Source of the DNA: a virus
Taxonomy: Duplodnaviria > Caudoviricetes
Reading direction: 5' to 3' (one strand)
Length of the DNA: 64,000 bases
IMG/VR virus record: IMGVR_UViG_3300031992_000076
Coordinates: 1-64,000 of that record
The position numbers and the translations under genes are program-made. Below, one piece after another: positions 8,753 through 17,285 of this stretch. The first letter of the stretch is position 1, and every line of letters starts with the position of its first letter. The notes under the pieces are model-generated. The model saw only the letters and a program-made list of their open reading frames with translations. It was not told where the DNA came from and did no database searches.

Positions 8753-11263
8753 ATGAGTGTTACAAAGAAAATTAGAATACAGAATCCTTCTGGAAGTAGT
8801 TCTTCTAGTAGAGATATCGGAGCAGAAGCTCAGTATGTAGATGTAACAAGAAATGCTCAAGGCGAAATTGTCACTGACTTATCTCAAAAGCAACCTACTG
8901 ATACAGTAGAGAGTTTATCTTCTACCTTAAAAAATATTGAAGATCATATGGATGATCCTATTGTTCTTGATGATGTTCCTACTCAAGGTAGTCAAAATGG
9001 AGTAAAGTCAGGCGGTGTTTATAACGCTATTCAAGCAGATAGTTCATTAAACACAACAAGTACAAAACCAGTTCAGAATAAAGTTATAACAAACGCATTA
9101 AATGGTAAGATAGATACTTACATGACTCAACCTGGTCGTTGGGATACCACACCTACTGAAAATAGTATTAAACCAGTTACTTCTGGTGGTATTTATGCAG
9201 CTTTAGCAAACGCTGGAAAAGATGATAATTTTATTGGTACAGTAGCAGAATGGAATGCTTTAACTGATACTGAAAAAGCGCAGTATAGAACTTATGATTT
9301 AACCGATGATTTTAATGGAGTTGAAGTAGATGATGCTCTTTCGCTTACTTCTACAAATCCAGTTCAAAATAGAATTATTACAGCTAAAATTAATTCATTA
9401 CTTAGTGGGTCAGAAATTTTAATTGATTATGACCCTAATGAGATGGCAGGGATAACTATAACAATATACCACGAAGCTAGCGCAGAGGGTCATACACCCG
9501 AGAGTTATACAGTAACCCTCGATAATACAGGCGAAGTTGAGATTGATGTTAAAAACCTTGGAGACTGGACAATAGCATGGACACACGAAGGACAACAGTA
9601 TAGCGAGAACTTCAGAGTAGAATACTTTGGTCTTTACCACATCATACTTCATGAAGGATTTACGTGGAGACAGTGGGTGGTAGCAGGTGGCTTACCTATC
9701 AATAAGTATAACAGCCTTGCTGATTTACTTGCCAATCAGGAGGATATAAGAAGGCTTTGTACCATTCATGCCGCTGTTGATTATATGTGTGAGTTTGCAA
9801 GTGTAAACAACGACTTAGAGACAATAATCAATACAGGTTTATTTGCTAAGTGGGTAAACCTTAGAGATTATGCTCTTGATAACATGGAGGCTAATTCAGC
9901 CATAAAGGATGCCATGGATGAAGCAGGTTTATACGGCTATGGTGAATTAGTCTATGAGGATGATGAGTGGAAGCCTAAAGGCAATGTACCTGTTATGACT
10001 TCGGATACTGCTCCTTATGGGGAAGCTAGTGCAGTTAGTCCTCATAGTTCAGCACCTGCTTATAAAGCGTTTGACGGAGATACTTCTACACATGCTGCAT
10101 TTACAAATGCTGTAAATAACTATCTTAGGTACAAATTTGCAAATCCCGTAAAAGCCAAAAAAGCAACAATCTATCAAGCTGATAACAATAAGTATGTAAT
10201 TAAGGCATCTAATGATGGCTCTACTTGGGATACTGTATCAGCAGAATTTACAGGGACAGGAACTGCCGAAGAAATAGAGATTTCATTAACAACAAATAAC
10301 TACTATTTGCAGTATGAACTTGTTGAAACTGAAAAGTTAAACACAGGTGCTAGTTATACATCCGTTACAGAACTCCAATTCTATGGCAGAGAACTCAAAG
10401 TATCAGTACCTACTATGACTTCTAACACCGCTCCTTACGGGGAAGCTAGTGCTAGTGTGGCTGATAGCGGTTATGAGGCATATAAAGCTTTTGATGGGAA
10501 CAATAGTACTTATTGGTTTAAAGATGGTGGTGTAGGTCAATGGGTTCAGTATGATTTTAAACGTCCTGTAAGGCTAACACAGCTCTATGCAATGGGATAC
10601 GGAGTTGATAACTGCTTTAAAGATGTTGAAATCTACGGAGTACAAAACCAAAATGCAACGAAGATTGCTGATTTAACTTTTGAGAATGTGGCATCACTAC
10701 AAAAGAAAGATGTTGACAGCAACGTTGCCTATACGGGTTTTAGGTTTAAGATTGTTGCAGACCACGGTACCGTTATAAATAATGCTGTTAAAACTCTCCA
10801 ATTCTACGGCAAAGACTACTCCGAAAAAGAATTTGCCAATGATGGTAGTAAATGGCTGTATGACCACGGTGTGGAGTTGGAAGAATTTATTTACAACACT
10901 GTTGGTAGCGGAAGTGTATCAGAAGAAGCGAATGATGAGATTTATATTGAAATCCCTGCCTCATCTCAAAGAGCCGCAAGTGCTTTGGCTAGTGTTGATT
11001 TAACCAATCATAGTATATTAAGGGCTGTTGCAGGTGAACAGTGGGTTGCCACTGTAGAACTAACTGTTGGGCCAAATGCTAGACCTTCGTATGCATCACA
11101 CGGCATTGAAGCATATGTTGATATAGCCCCTCCTGTTAGTAAAAATAACTTGGCATTATCAGTTGCTTCATTCAATACAAGCAAATATGTTGGAATTTAT
11201 GCAGGTAATAATACTGGTTCAGCACATTGCTTAGGCACTATTAGTGAATTGTGGTTAGAATAA
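8753..11263 (+). CDS. Tail fibre / receptor-binding protein with two discoidin (F5/8 type C)-like domains, 836 aa
   Basis: N-terminal fibre repeats (D.(P/L)T..S..PV(Q/T)(N/S)..I/V); two 'VP.MTS.TAPYGEASA…AYKAFDG…(W/L)..Y.F..P' domains; followed by chaperone-like genes. Confidence 0.75.
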   Translation: MSVTKKIRIQNPSGSSSSSRDIGAEAQYVDVTRNAQGEIVTDLSQKQPTDTVESLSSTLKNIEDHMDDPIVLDDVPTQGSQNGVKSGGVYNAIQADSSLNTTSTKPVQNKVITNALNGKIDTYMTQPGRWDTTPTENSIKPVTSGGIYAALANAGKDDNFIGTVAEWNALTDTEKAQYRTYDLTDDFNGVEVDDALSLTSTNPVQNRIITAKINSLLSGSEILIDYDPNEMAGITITIYHEASAEGHTPESYTVTLDNTGEVEIDVKNLGDWTIAWTHEGQQYSENFRVEYFGLYHIILHEGFTWRQWVVAGGLPINKYNSLADLLANQEDIRRLCTIHAAVDYMCEFASVNNDLETIINTGLFAKWVNLRDYALDNMEANSAIKDAMDEAGLYGYGELVYEDDEWKPKGNVPVMTSDTAPYGEASAVSPHSSAPAYKAFDGDTSTHAAFTNAVNNYLRYKFANPVKAKKATIYQADNNKYVIKASNDGSTWDTVSAEFTGTGTAEEIEISLTTNNYYLQYELVETEKLNTGASYTSVTELQFYGRELKVSVPTMTSNTAPYGEASASVADSGYEAYKAFDGNNSTYWFKDGGVGQWVQYDFKRPVRLTQLYAMGYGVDNCFKDVEIYGVQNQNATKIADLTFENVASLQKKDVDSNVAYTGFRFKIVADHGTVINNAVKTLQFYGKDYSEKEFANDGSKWLYDHGVELEEFIYNTVGSGSVSEEANDEIYIEIPASSQRAASALASVDLTNHSILRAVAGEQWVATVELTVGPNARPSYASHGIEAYVDIAPPVSKNNLALSVASFNTSKYVGIYAGNNTGSAHCLGTISELWLE
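9986..10452 (+). repeat. Two 47-nt diverged direct repeats (9986-10032 and 10406-10452) at the start of the duplicated discoidin-like domains
   Basis: GTACCTGTTATGACTTCGGATACTGCTCCTTATGGGGAAGCTAGTGC vs GTACCTACTATGACTTCTAACACCGCTCCTTACGGGGAAGCTAGTGC. Confidence 0.85.
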
Positions 11264-11276
11264 GGAGGATTAACAC

Positions 11277-11705
11277 ATGATAGTATATGTAGATAGTGAA
11301 AACAAAATAAAGGCTGTAAATACCACGAGTGATTCTTCCTTAACAGCCTTAGAGATTAATGATGATGCTAATCCCTTTAACGGATGGAGTACCGCAAAAA
11401 TTTGTTGCTACAAGGTAACAGTTCAAGACGGATCTGTTATTATGATGACTCCTTATGTGCCTTCTGCTAATCTTGAAGCTTTTAATAACGTAGGTAAACA
11501 AGTAGATATAAATACCGAAGGAATTGAAGAAAATGATGTAGCCGTTTGTGATGTTGCGGAATTAGAAGATTCTGATTCGCAAGCTATTGATGAACTTGCT
11601 GAAATTATAGATACTAACTCAAGTGCAATAGATGATTTAGCAGAACTTGTTGATGAATTATTGCAAGAAATTCACAAGTTAAAAGGAGGTACTATTAATG
11701 GTTAA
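11277..11705 (+). CDS. Tail-fibre-associated protein (XkdW-like position), acidic coiled-coil C-terminus, 142 aa
   Basis: Directly follows the tail fibre; C-terminus is homologous to 63685..63966. Confidence 0.6.
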   Translation: MIVYVDSENKIKAVNTTSDSSLTALEINDDANPFNGWSTAKICCYKVTVQDGSVIMMTPYVPSANLEAFNNVGKQVDINTEGIEENDVAVCDVAELEDSDSQAIDELAEIIDTNSSAIDDLAELVDELLQEIHKLKGGTING

Positions 11706-11892
11706 TAAATACGCACGTCATCTCGAAGAAAGAGATATTAATGTTAAGACAAATGAAGTATGGTCTATTAATGACGTTCCTAATACTTGGAAAAATAAAA
11801 CTCAGATTAAAGTAGTTAACGATGGGTATTATTTTGATAATGATGGAACTGTATATCCTAATAGAGAATCTGATATAGAATCAGAAGAATAA
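11698..11892 (+). CDS. Small tail-assembly protein (XkdX-like position), 64 aa
   Basis: GGAGG RBS; paralog at 63490..63684. Confidence 0.65.
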   Translation: MVNKYARHLEERDINVKTNEVWSINDVPNTWKNKTQIKVVNDGYYFDNDGTVYPNRESDIESEE

Positions 11893-11907
11893 TAATTTTA
11901 ATTTTTT

Positions 11908-11957
11908 AAGAGTTACTATTTTATAAATATGTATAAAATAGTAACTCTTTTAAAAAA
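11908..11957. terminator. Bidirectional terminator ending the tail operon
   Basis: 18-bp perfect inverted repeat AAGAGTTACTATTTTATA…TATAAAATAGTAACTCTT flanked by T/A runs. Confidence 0.8.
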
Positions 11958-12155
11958 ATAGCATCACAAACCAAAAGAACCTTTCTACAATAGATAAGAA
12001 TGAAAGTTTTGGTTTCAGAAAATAAAATAGAATTAAGTTAGAATATCTTGTAGAAAAGATATTTTGAATAACTTATATTTTTATTACATATATATATTAT
12101 AACATAATTTTTTAAAGAATATAAATATTTTTTATATAAAAATTTTAAAAAATAC

Positions 12156-12185
12156 TTGACAAATCTTAAACAAGTATGGTATAAT
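12156..12185 (+). promoter_or_regulatory. SigmaA-type promoter for ruvC
   Basis: TTGACA-N18-TATAAT. Confidence 0.8.
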
Positions 12186-12217
12186 ATATATAGAGAGAAA
12201 AGTAAAGGAGAAAATGG

Positions 12218-12736
12218 ATGTATATTTTAGCTCTAGATCTTTCTACAAAAAATAGTGGATACTCTGTATATAATGGACAAGAATTAGTGGATTATGGATG
12301 TATTAATGCAGGTAGCCCCAATCTTTTTCATAGAATAGATAAAATGGTTGATGAATTAGATAAAATTCTTAAAAAATATACTATTGACCATGTTTATATA
12401 GAAGAAGTATATCCAGAAGATGTTCATAATAATATTCAAGTTTATAAAGCATTGGTTTATTTACAGGGATACATATTGCATAAGCTCGATGATTTTAATT
12501 TAAAACATACTTTCTTTTTACCTAATGAATGGCGAGCTAAATGTAAAATTCATACTGGACGAGGAATTAAGCGGGAAGCCCTTAAGACTAAAGATATTCA
12601 ATTTGTTCAAAATCAATTTGGAATTAAAGTTAATGATGATGTAGCTGATGCTATAGGAATTGGTTTTGCGGCGGTTGGTGGATCTCCGAAGCAGCCTCAA
12701 GTAATAACTACTGATGATGGATTTGAATTTTGTTAA
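12218..12736 (+). CDS. ruvC: RuvC-like Holliday junction resolvase, 172 aa
   Basis: ILALDLST.NSGY (D), YIEEV (E) and DDVADAIGIG (D..D) catalytic motifs. Confidence 0.85.
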   Translation: MYILALDLSTKNSGYSVYNGQELVDYGCINAGSPNLFHRIDKMVDELDKILKKYTIDHVYIEEVYPEDVHNNIQVYKALVYLQGYILHKLDDFNLKHTFFLPNEWRAKCKIHTGRGIKREALKTKDIQFVQNQFGIKVNDDVADAIGIGFAAVGGSPKQPQVITTDDGFEFC

Positions 12737-13014
12737 TTGGTAATCTATGCATAAATAGATTTTAAATGAGAGGTATAATGCACTATCAGCCAAAAATTTT
12801 TTTAAAAAGTTTGGACAACGTTTCGTAATTTACTTTCTTTACTTTTCTATTATAATATCAAGATAAAACTAATAAAGTGCGCATATATTGGTTTTATTTT
12901 TAATTTCTTATTTAATACACAAGTCTTAAGTGTATTGTATTTTTCTTTTAACATTATTTCTTTAATGTTAATTTCCCACAAATTTTAAAAATTTAATAAG
13001 GAGTAATTATAACT

Positions 13015-13440
13015 ATGACTAATTTTAATGGTATGGTTAATAACACTCAAAGAAACTACTTTAATCCTATTCCTAGTTCTACTAGTATAGCTTCTACTAA
13101 TAATATTGTTTGGGTTCAAGGTATAGAAGGAGCCAAAGCATGGCAGTTAAACCCCAATAGCATGGTAATTTTGCTTGATAGTGAATCGGAAGGAAAAATG
13201 TATATTAAAGTAAGTGATAATATCGGAATGTCTAGCTTAAGAATCTTTAATTACGTGGAGGAAACCGCGCATCCAGCGCAGGATAAAGTTACTATTAACA
13301 ATAGTCTGGATTTATCCCAATATGTAACAAAAGATGAATTAAAATCATTAATTAAGGAGTTTATAACTGATGAACAATTTGTACCAACAGCTGAACAAGA
13401 ATCAGCAGACAAACCGAGGGTTATTACCATCAAAAAATAA
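13015..13440 (+). CDS. Conserved hypothetical protein (first gene of spore-surface-like operon), 141 aa
   Basis: 'WVQG.EGAKA…P.S.V.L.DSE…YIK..D..G' family recurrent in gut phages; AAGGAG RBS. Confidence 0.7.
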   Translation: MTNFNGMVNNTQRNYFNPIPSSTSIASTNNIVWVQGIEGAKAWQLNPNSMVILLDSESEGKMYIKVSDNIGMSSLRIFNYVEETAHPAQDKVTINNSLDLSQYVTKDELKSLIKEFITDEQFVPTAEQESADKPRVITIKK

Positions 13441-13636
13441 TGACTTATTCAAAAAATTCTTAAATAGCTCAAATCCTAATGAGTTAATCAATTCTATGAT
13501 TTCTAGCAATCCTAAACTGCAATCTATAATGCAGATTATGAATTCTTCAGGAATGACCCCAAAACAATTTTTTTATAGTTATGCTCAACAAAATGGAATA
13601 AACCCAGATGAATTTCTTAGTTCATTAAGAAACTAG
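13370..13636 (+). CDS. Small Gln/Asn/Met-rich helical protein, 88 aa
   Basis: AAGGAG RBS at about 13354; 'MTPKQFFYSYAQQNGINPDEFL' end typical of this cluster. Confidence 0.65.
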   Translation: MNNLYQQLNKNQQTNRGLLPSKNNDLFKKFLNSSNPNELINSMISSNPKLQSIMQIMNSSGMTPKQFFYSYAQQNGINPDEFLSSLRN

Positions 13637-13650
13637 AAAGGAGTTTTATA

Positions 13651-14358
13651 ATGGGTGAAAATGGTGCCCTTAGTGCTAGTGATGTTGCTTTATTAAGCGG
13701 TAAAGATGGAATGGGCTGGGGAGATTCTTCATTTTTTTGGATCTTTGCTTTACTCATTCTTGCAGGTGGCGGTTTTGGTAATGGTTTTGGTTGGGGAAAT
13801 AATGGTTTCGCCAATGCGATTGGGTACGAAAATCTTGCAACTTCTAACGAAGTTCAAAGAGGTTTTGACAATCAGAATTCCATGGCTAACCAAAGAGAAA
13901 TTTTAGCTGCAGTTAATGCGGGAACCGCTCAGAGTGTAGCTACAACAAATCAAGTTTATCATGATGTTGTTGGTTATGTTGGAGATAAATATGATGAGCT
14001 TGCTAGAGATATTTATGGAGTAGGTACTAGTGTTCAGCAAGCAATTGCTAATCAGAATGAATGCTGCTGCAGTACCAAGATGCTTATTGCTGACTCCGTT
14101 GCTGGTATTAATGCAGGTATTGCACAGAATAGATACGATGCAGCAATGAATACTGCAGCTATCAATGCGAATACAACAGCTCAGACTCAGAAGATTCTTG
14201 ATGCTATTACTGGTAACAGAATGGCTGATATGCAGCAACAGATTAACGACTTACAGCTTCAGAACCAGCTTCAAACTGTAGTTCGTTATCCTAGCAATAC
14301 TTTTTATGCAGTTCCCTCACCTTGTTTTAATACAGGCTGTGGATGCGGAAATATTTAA
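13651..14358 (+). CDS. Membrane-anchored coiled-coil, Gly- and Cys-rich protein, 235 aa
   Basis: Hydrophobic 'FFWIFALLILAGGGFGNGFGWG', long heptads, ECCC and C-terminal PCFNTGCGCG. Confidence 0.75.
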   Translation: MGENGALSASDVALLSGKDGMGWGDSSFFWIFALLILAGGGFGNGFGWGNNGFANAIGYENLATSNEVQRGFDNQNSMANQREILAAVNAGTAQSVATTNQVYHDVVGYVGDKYDELARDIYGVGTSVQQAIANQNECCCSTKMLIADSVAGINAGIAQNRYDAAMNTAAINANTTAQTQKILDAITGNRMADMQQQINDLQLQNQLQTVVRYPSNTFYAVPSPCFNTGCGCGNI

Positions 14359-14371
14359 TTTAATATAGTAT

Positions 14372-14411
14372 GGCGGGAACCGCTTATCACAGGAGCGGAT
14401 TCCCGCTTTTC
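14372..14411 (+). terminator. Internal hairpin/terminator in the operon
   Basis: GCGGGAACCGCT…AGCGGATTCCCGC followed by TTTT. Confidence 0.65.
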
Positions 14412-14431
14412 AATTAAGGAGGAAAATAAAA

Positions 14432-14839
14432 ATGAGTAAATCAGCAATTTATACTGCTAATTCTTCTGCTCAAAATGTTGCCCTTAATGGGGTAATAAAT
14501 CCAGGAACTATTATTAGACGTTATGGACCTAATCTCGGATTATCTGGAAATGCTATTCAAATAGATGGTCCTGGTTATTATAACATTCAAGCTAGTATCA
14601 CCGCAGCACCAACTGCCGCTGGCAATGTAACTATTACAGTATATAAAGATGGTGTTGCAATTCCAGGTGCTACAGCAACACAGTCTACCTCTGTAGCAAA
14701 TAATCCACTAAATCTTTCTATTTCTTCTCTTGTTCGAGAATTTTGTTCTTGCTGTGATGGTCTATCTAATTTGACCTTTGTTCTTACCGGCACCGCCGCA
14801 GCAATCTCCAATATCGCTATTGTAGTAGAAAAATTATAA
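14432..14839 (+). CDS. BclA C-terminal (C1q/TNF-like) domain protein, 135 aa
   Basis: All-beta pattern 'AIQIDGPGYYNIQASIT…ITVYKDGVAIPGA…LSISSLV…LTFVLTG…IVVEKL'. Confidence 0.6.
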   Translation: MSKSAIYTANSSAQNVALNGVINPGTIIRRYGPNLGLSGNAIQIDGPGYYNIQASITAAPTAAGNVTITVYKDGVAIPGATATQSTSVANNPLNLSISSLVREFCSCCDGLSNLTFVLTGTAAAISNIAIVVEKL

Positions 14840-15060
14840 TGAATAATAATAGCAATCAATTAACTTTTCTTGATATTATTAGTATAATGAGTTTTTGTAT
14901 TAGCTTAATGAATTTAGATGAAAATTTATCTCAAGGAGATAAACAAGATTTGCAAAATGATTTAGCTGAAAAAATGAAAATTATACTTAAAGAAATACAT
15001 AGTCATTTAGAAGATCAAGATAGGAAAATAGATAAAATATTAGAGGAGGTAACCAAATGA
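14839..15060 (+). CDS. Hypothetical protein, 73 aa (short hydrophobic segment plus coiled coil)
   Basis: 'LTFLDIISIMSFCISLMNLDEN' family; overlaps stop/start with neighbours. Confidence 0.65.
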   Translation: MNNNSNQLTFLDIISIMSFCISLMNLDENLSQGDKQDLQNDLAEKMKIILKEIHSHLEDQDRKIDKILEEVTK

Positions 15061-15617
15061 CCATAGATGAAATTTTTAGTCAATTGAGTGAACATATGAT
15101 TGAAGGTCTTATGATACATTCACAATTAAGTGATTACTTTGGATTTATTGGGTTAGATGGATACCAAACATGTCATAAATACCACTATTTTATAGAAAAC
15201 GCTAATTATAAAAAGTTAGGAGATTATTATCTTCATCATTATAACAAAATAATTACAGAAACTCCATTTAAAAATCCTAATATTATTCCAGAATCATGGT
15301 ATCAGTATACTCGATTTGATGTTAATGCAACTACAAGAAAAAATGCGATTCAAGTAGGAATTGAACATTGGGTTACTTGGGAAAATGATACTAAAAAATT
15401 ATATGAAATATTATATCGAGAATTAATAAAATTAAATGAAGTGGCTGCTGCCAAAGAACTTTGTAAATATATTGAAGATGTAGACAAAGAATTATCTGAG
15501 GCATGCCAAAAACATATAGAACTTACTGCAATTGATTATAATATTTCAGATATAATAGTAGAACAAGAGGAATATAAAAAGAGGTATAAGAAAAAATTAA
15601 AGGAGATTAATCTATGA
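15057..15617 (+). CDS. Ferritin-like four-helix bundle protein, 186 aa
   Basis: Helical protein with His/Glu pairs (HMIEGLMIH, HYFIE, WENDTKKLYE, DVDKELSEA). Confidence 0.55.
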   Translation: MTIDEIFSQLSEHMIEGLMIHSQLSDYFGFIGLDGYQTCHKYHYFIENANYKKLGDYYLHHYNKIITETPFKNPNIIPESWYQYTRFDVNATTRKNAIQVGIEHWVTWENDTKKLYEILYRELIKLNEVAAAKELCKYIEDVDKELSEACQKHIELTAIDYNISDIIVEQEEYKKRYKKKLKEINL

Positions 15618-15787
15618 GTAAAATAGAGGAAATAGAACAAGAGATAAAAAAATTAGAAGAAAAAGAATATCTTACTTATGATATTTGTCAAAAATTAGCT
15701 ATTCTTTATATTGTAAAAGATCATATGGCGGGCGCCGACCCTAGTTCAAAGATGGGGATGACCGGTCCATCCGCTATGATGAGATAA
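15614..15787 (+). CDS. Small hypothetical protein, 57 aa (MSKIEEIEQEIKKLEEKEYLTYDICQKLAILYIVKDHM…), not in ORF track
   Basis: AAGGAG RBS; ATG overlaps the previous stop; family recurrent in this cluster. Confidence 0.7.
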   Translation: MSKIEEIEQEIKKLEEKEYLTYDICQKLAILYIVKDHMAGADPSSKMGMTGPSAMMR

Positions 15788-15793
15788 AAAAAG

Positions 15794-15829
15794 AGCCTAG
15801 TCTTTAATTAGACTAGGCTTTATTTTTTT
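15794..15829. terminator. Bidirectional terminator at the convergence of the + and - gene blocks
   Basis: AGCCTAGTCT-TTAATT-AGACTAGGCT with A-run before and T-run after. Confidence 0.85.
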
Positions 15830-15831
15830 GC

Positions 15832-16278
15832 TTATTTTTCTCCAGTTGATCCGAATCCCGCACTACCTCTATCTGTATCGTCAAGATTATCAACCACATT
15901 AAATTCAATATTAAGATATGGCTGAATAATTAATTGAGCAATACGCTCCTGAGGATCAATATACTGAGTTTCGTCGCTGTCATTATGTAGAGCTACGATA
16001 ACAGGACCTCGATAGTCTGAATCAATAACCCCGATGCAATTTGCGGGACGCAAGCTTCGCTTTGTTGCAAGTCCGCTTCGAGCATATATACCCCCAAAAT
16101 ACCCTTTAGGAATTTCTAAAGAGATTCCCGTATCTACTTTGACTGTTTGATGAGCGGGAATGCAGATTTCTTCATCAGAAGCTGCATATAAGTCCATCCC
16201 CGCAGCTTCAACACTTCCTCTTGTGGGAATCTTTGCCAGTTTATTAAGTAATTTAATATTTACCTCTGTAACTATCAA
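15832..16278 (-). CDS. dut: dUTPase (trimeric)
   Basis: AAGMDL, ARSGLA, GVIDSDYRG, RIAQLII and RGSAGFGSTG motifs. Confidence 0.95.
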   Translation of the reverse strand: MIVTEVNIKLLNKLAKIPTRGSVEAAGMDLYAASDEEICIPAHQTVKVDTGISLEIPKGYFGGIYARSGLATKRSLRPANCIGVIDSDYRGPVIVALHNDSDETQYIDPQERIAQLIIQPYLNIEFNVVDNLDDTDRGSAGFGSTGEK

Positions 16279-16574
16279 AATTCAATACCGTCACTTTCTT
16301 CTTTTGTTACAATGGGATCTGGAAAAGCTCCCATTTCTACGGCATAAGATACTTCAACTGAACATGAAGGTTCTTTTTCCTGATTGAATTCTTTAATTAA
16401 CTGAACTCTATACCAATCATCAACTACTTCACCTTTTGATTTAGTACATTTATATTCAGACGAATATTTTGAAAGAGTATATCCACTTTCCGCCTTGGCA
16501 TCTTCGATAAGTTTTTTTGCCTCAACCTCAGAATCTACTCTATACTGTTCTGTTGTTTTAACTAAATATTTCAT
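16275..16574 (-). CDS. Hypothetical protein, 99 aa
   Basis: ORF coupled to neighbours; RBS present. Confidence 0.7.
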   Translation of the reverse strand: MKYLVKTTEQYRVDSEVEAKKLIEDAKAESGYTLSKYSSEYKCTKSKGEVVDDWYRVQLIKEFNQEKEPSCSVEVSYAVEMGAFPDPIVTKEESDGIEF

Positions 16575-16594
16575 CCTTTTATCTCCTTTAAATA

Positions 16595-16846
16595 TTAATG
16601 AATATAAAATCTTATATCATTCTTACCAAATTTACAATTTGAAAATTGACTTTCAATTTTATTAGCCATAAATCTACTGCCATGCAAATGAACGTCTTGA
16701 ATATTATATGTATTACATACATTATAAATTGCTTGTCCTAAATTAGCCAATGGAGCCTCTTTAATTTCAACATTACCATTATTATATATTTCTATTTTTT
16801 GATTTAGAACAAAAGGGCGAATTGAAATTACGACATATTTATCCAT
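16595..16846 (-). CDS. Hypothetical protein, 83 aa
   Basis: AGGAG RBS. Confidence 0.65.
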   Translation of the reverse strand: MDKYVVISIRPFVLNQKIEIYNNGNVEIKEAPLANLGQAIYNVCNTYNIQDVHLHGSRFMANKIESQFSNCKFGKNDIRFYIH

Positions 16847-16867
16847 TTTCTTCTCCTTTTAAAAATC

Positions 16868-17233
16868 TTATGCTTTAACAATTCCAAATGTGTAATCAAA
16901 GAAGTAATAAGCAAAATTCTCTTTTGTCTCAGGGTCTCTAATCCAAATCTCATAATTACCATCCTTTTGTTTTTCTATATCTAATACTTCTCCTCTATTT
17001 AATAGTGTTTCCACCATTTCTTTAATAGAGCCTGTGGTTGTTAATAATATAAATACAGTATAATCGCTTCTTTCTTTACACAAAAGCATCCATGTTGTTG
17101 ATTTAGCTTCAGTAAAGATATCCTTAATCATATTGCCAACTTTATTCTGTAAAGCAATTATATCAAGCGGTTTTTCTTTACCATAAGCTTGTTTATTAAA
17201 ATCATATAAATTACCAAGTATAATATCTGCCAT
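16868..17233 (-). CDS. Hypothetical protein, 121 aa
   Basis: AAGGAG RBS; own promoter. Confidence 0.7.
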   Translation of the reverse strand: MADIILGNLYDFNKQAYGKEKPLDIIALQNKVGNMIKDIFTEAKSTTWMLLCKERSDYTVFILLTTTGSIKEMVETLLNRGEVLDIEKQKDGNYEIWIRDPETKENFAYYFFDYTFGIVKA

Positions 17234-17256
17234 TTTTTCTCCTTTATTATATAAAT

Positions 17257-17285
17257 ATTATAACATAAATTTTTAAATTTGTCAA
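17257..17285 (-). promoter_or_regulatory. SigmaA-type promoter with extended -10, representative of about 15 similar minus-strand promoters (-10 boxes at about 17257, 25488, 28883, 34201, 36442, 36892, 39764, 39852, 41882, 41974, 46297, 51567, 52266, 53982, 55448, 63413)
   Basis: TTG(A/C)(C/A)N-N17-TATAAT, mostly with TG at -15/-14, in AT-rich intergenic gaps upstream of RBSs. Confidence 0.8.

Noticed and set aside
9986-10452. DGR template/variable repeat pair in the tail fibre
   Set aside because: Differences are mostly synonymous T/C/G changes rather than adenine-specific, both copies are coding, and no reverse transcriptase is in the window.
11975-12062. Cas12a-like CRISPR repeat fragments (TTTCTACAA / TTGTAGA)
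   Set aside because: Only two short copies, inverted relative to each other, with no spacer periodicity and no cas gene.
12218-12736. TnpB/Cas12-type RuvC effector
   Set aside because: Only 172 aa, compact resolvase motif spacing, no Zn finger, no transposon ends.
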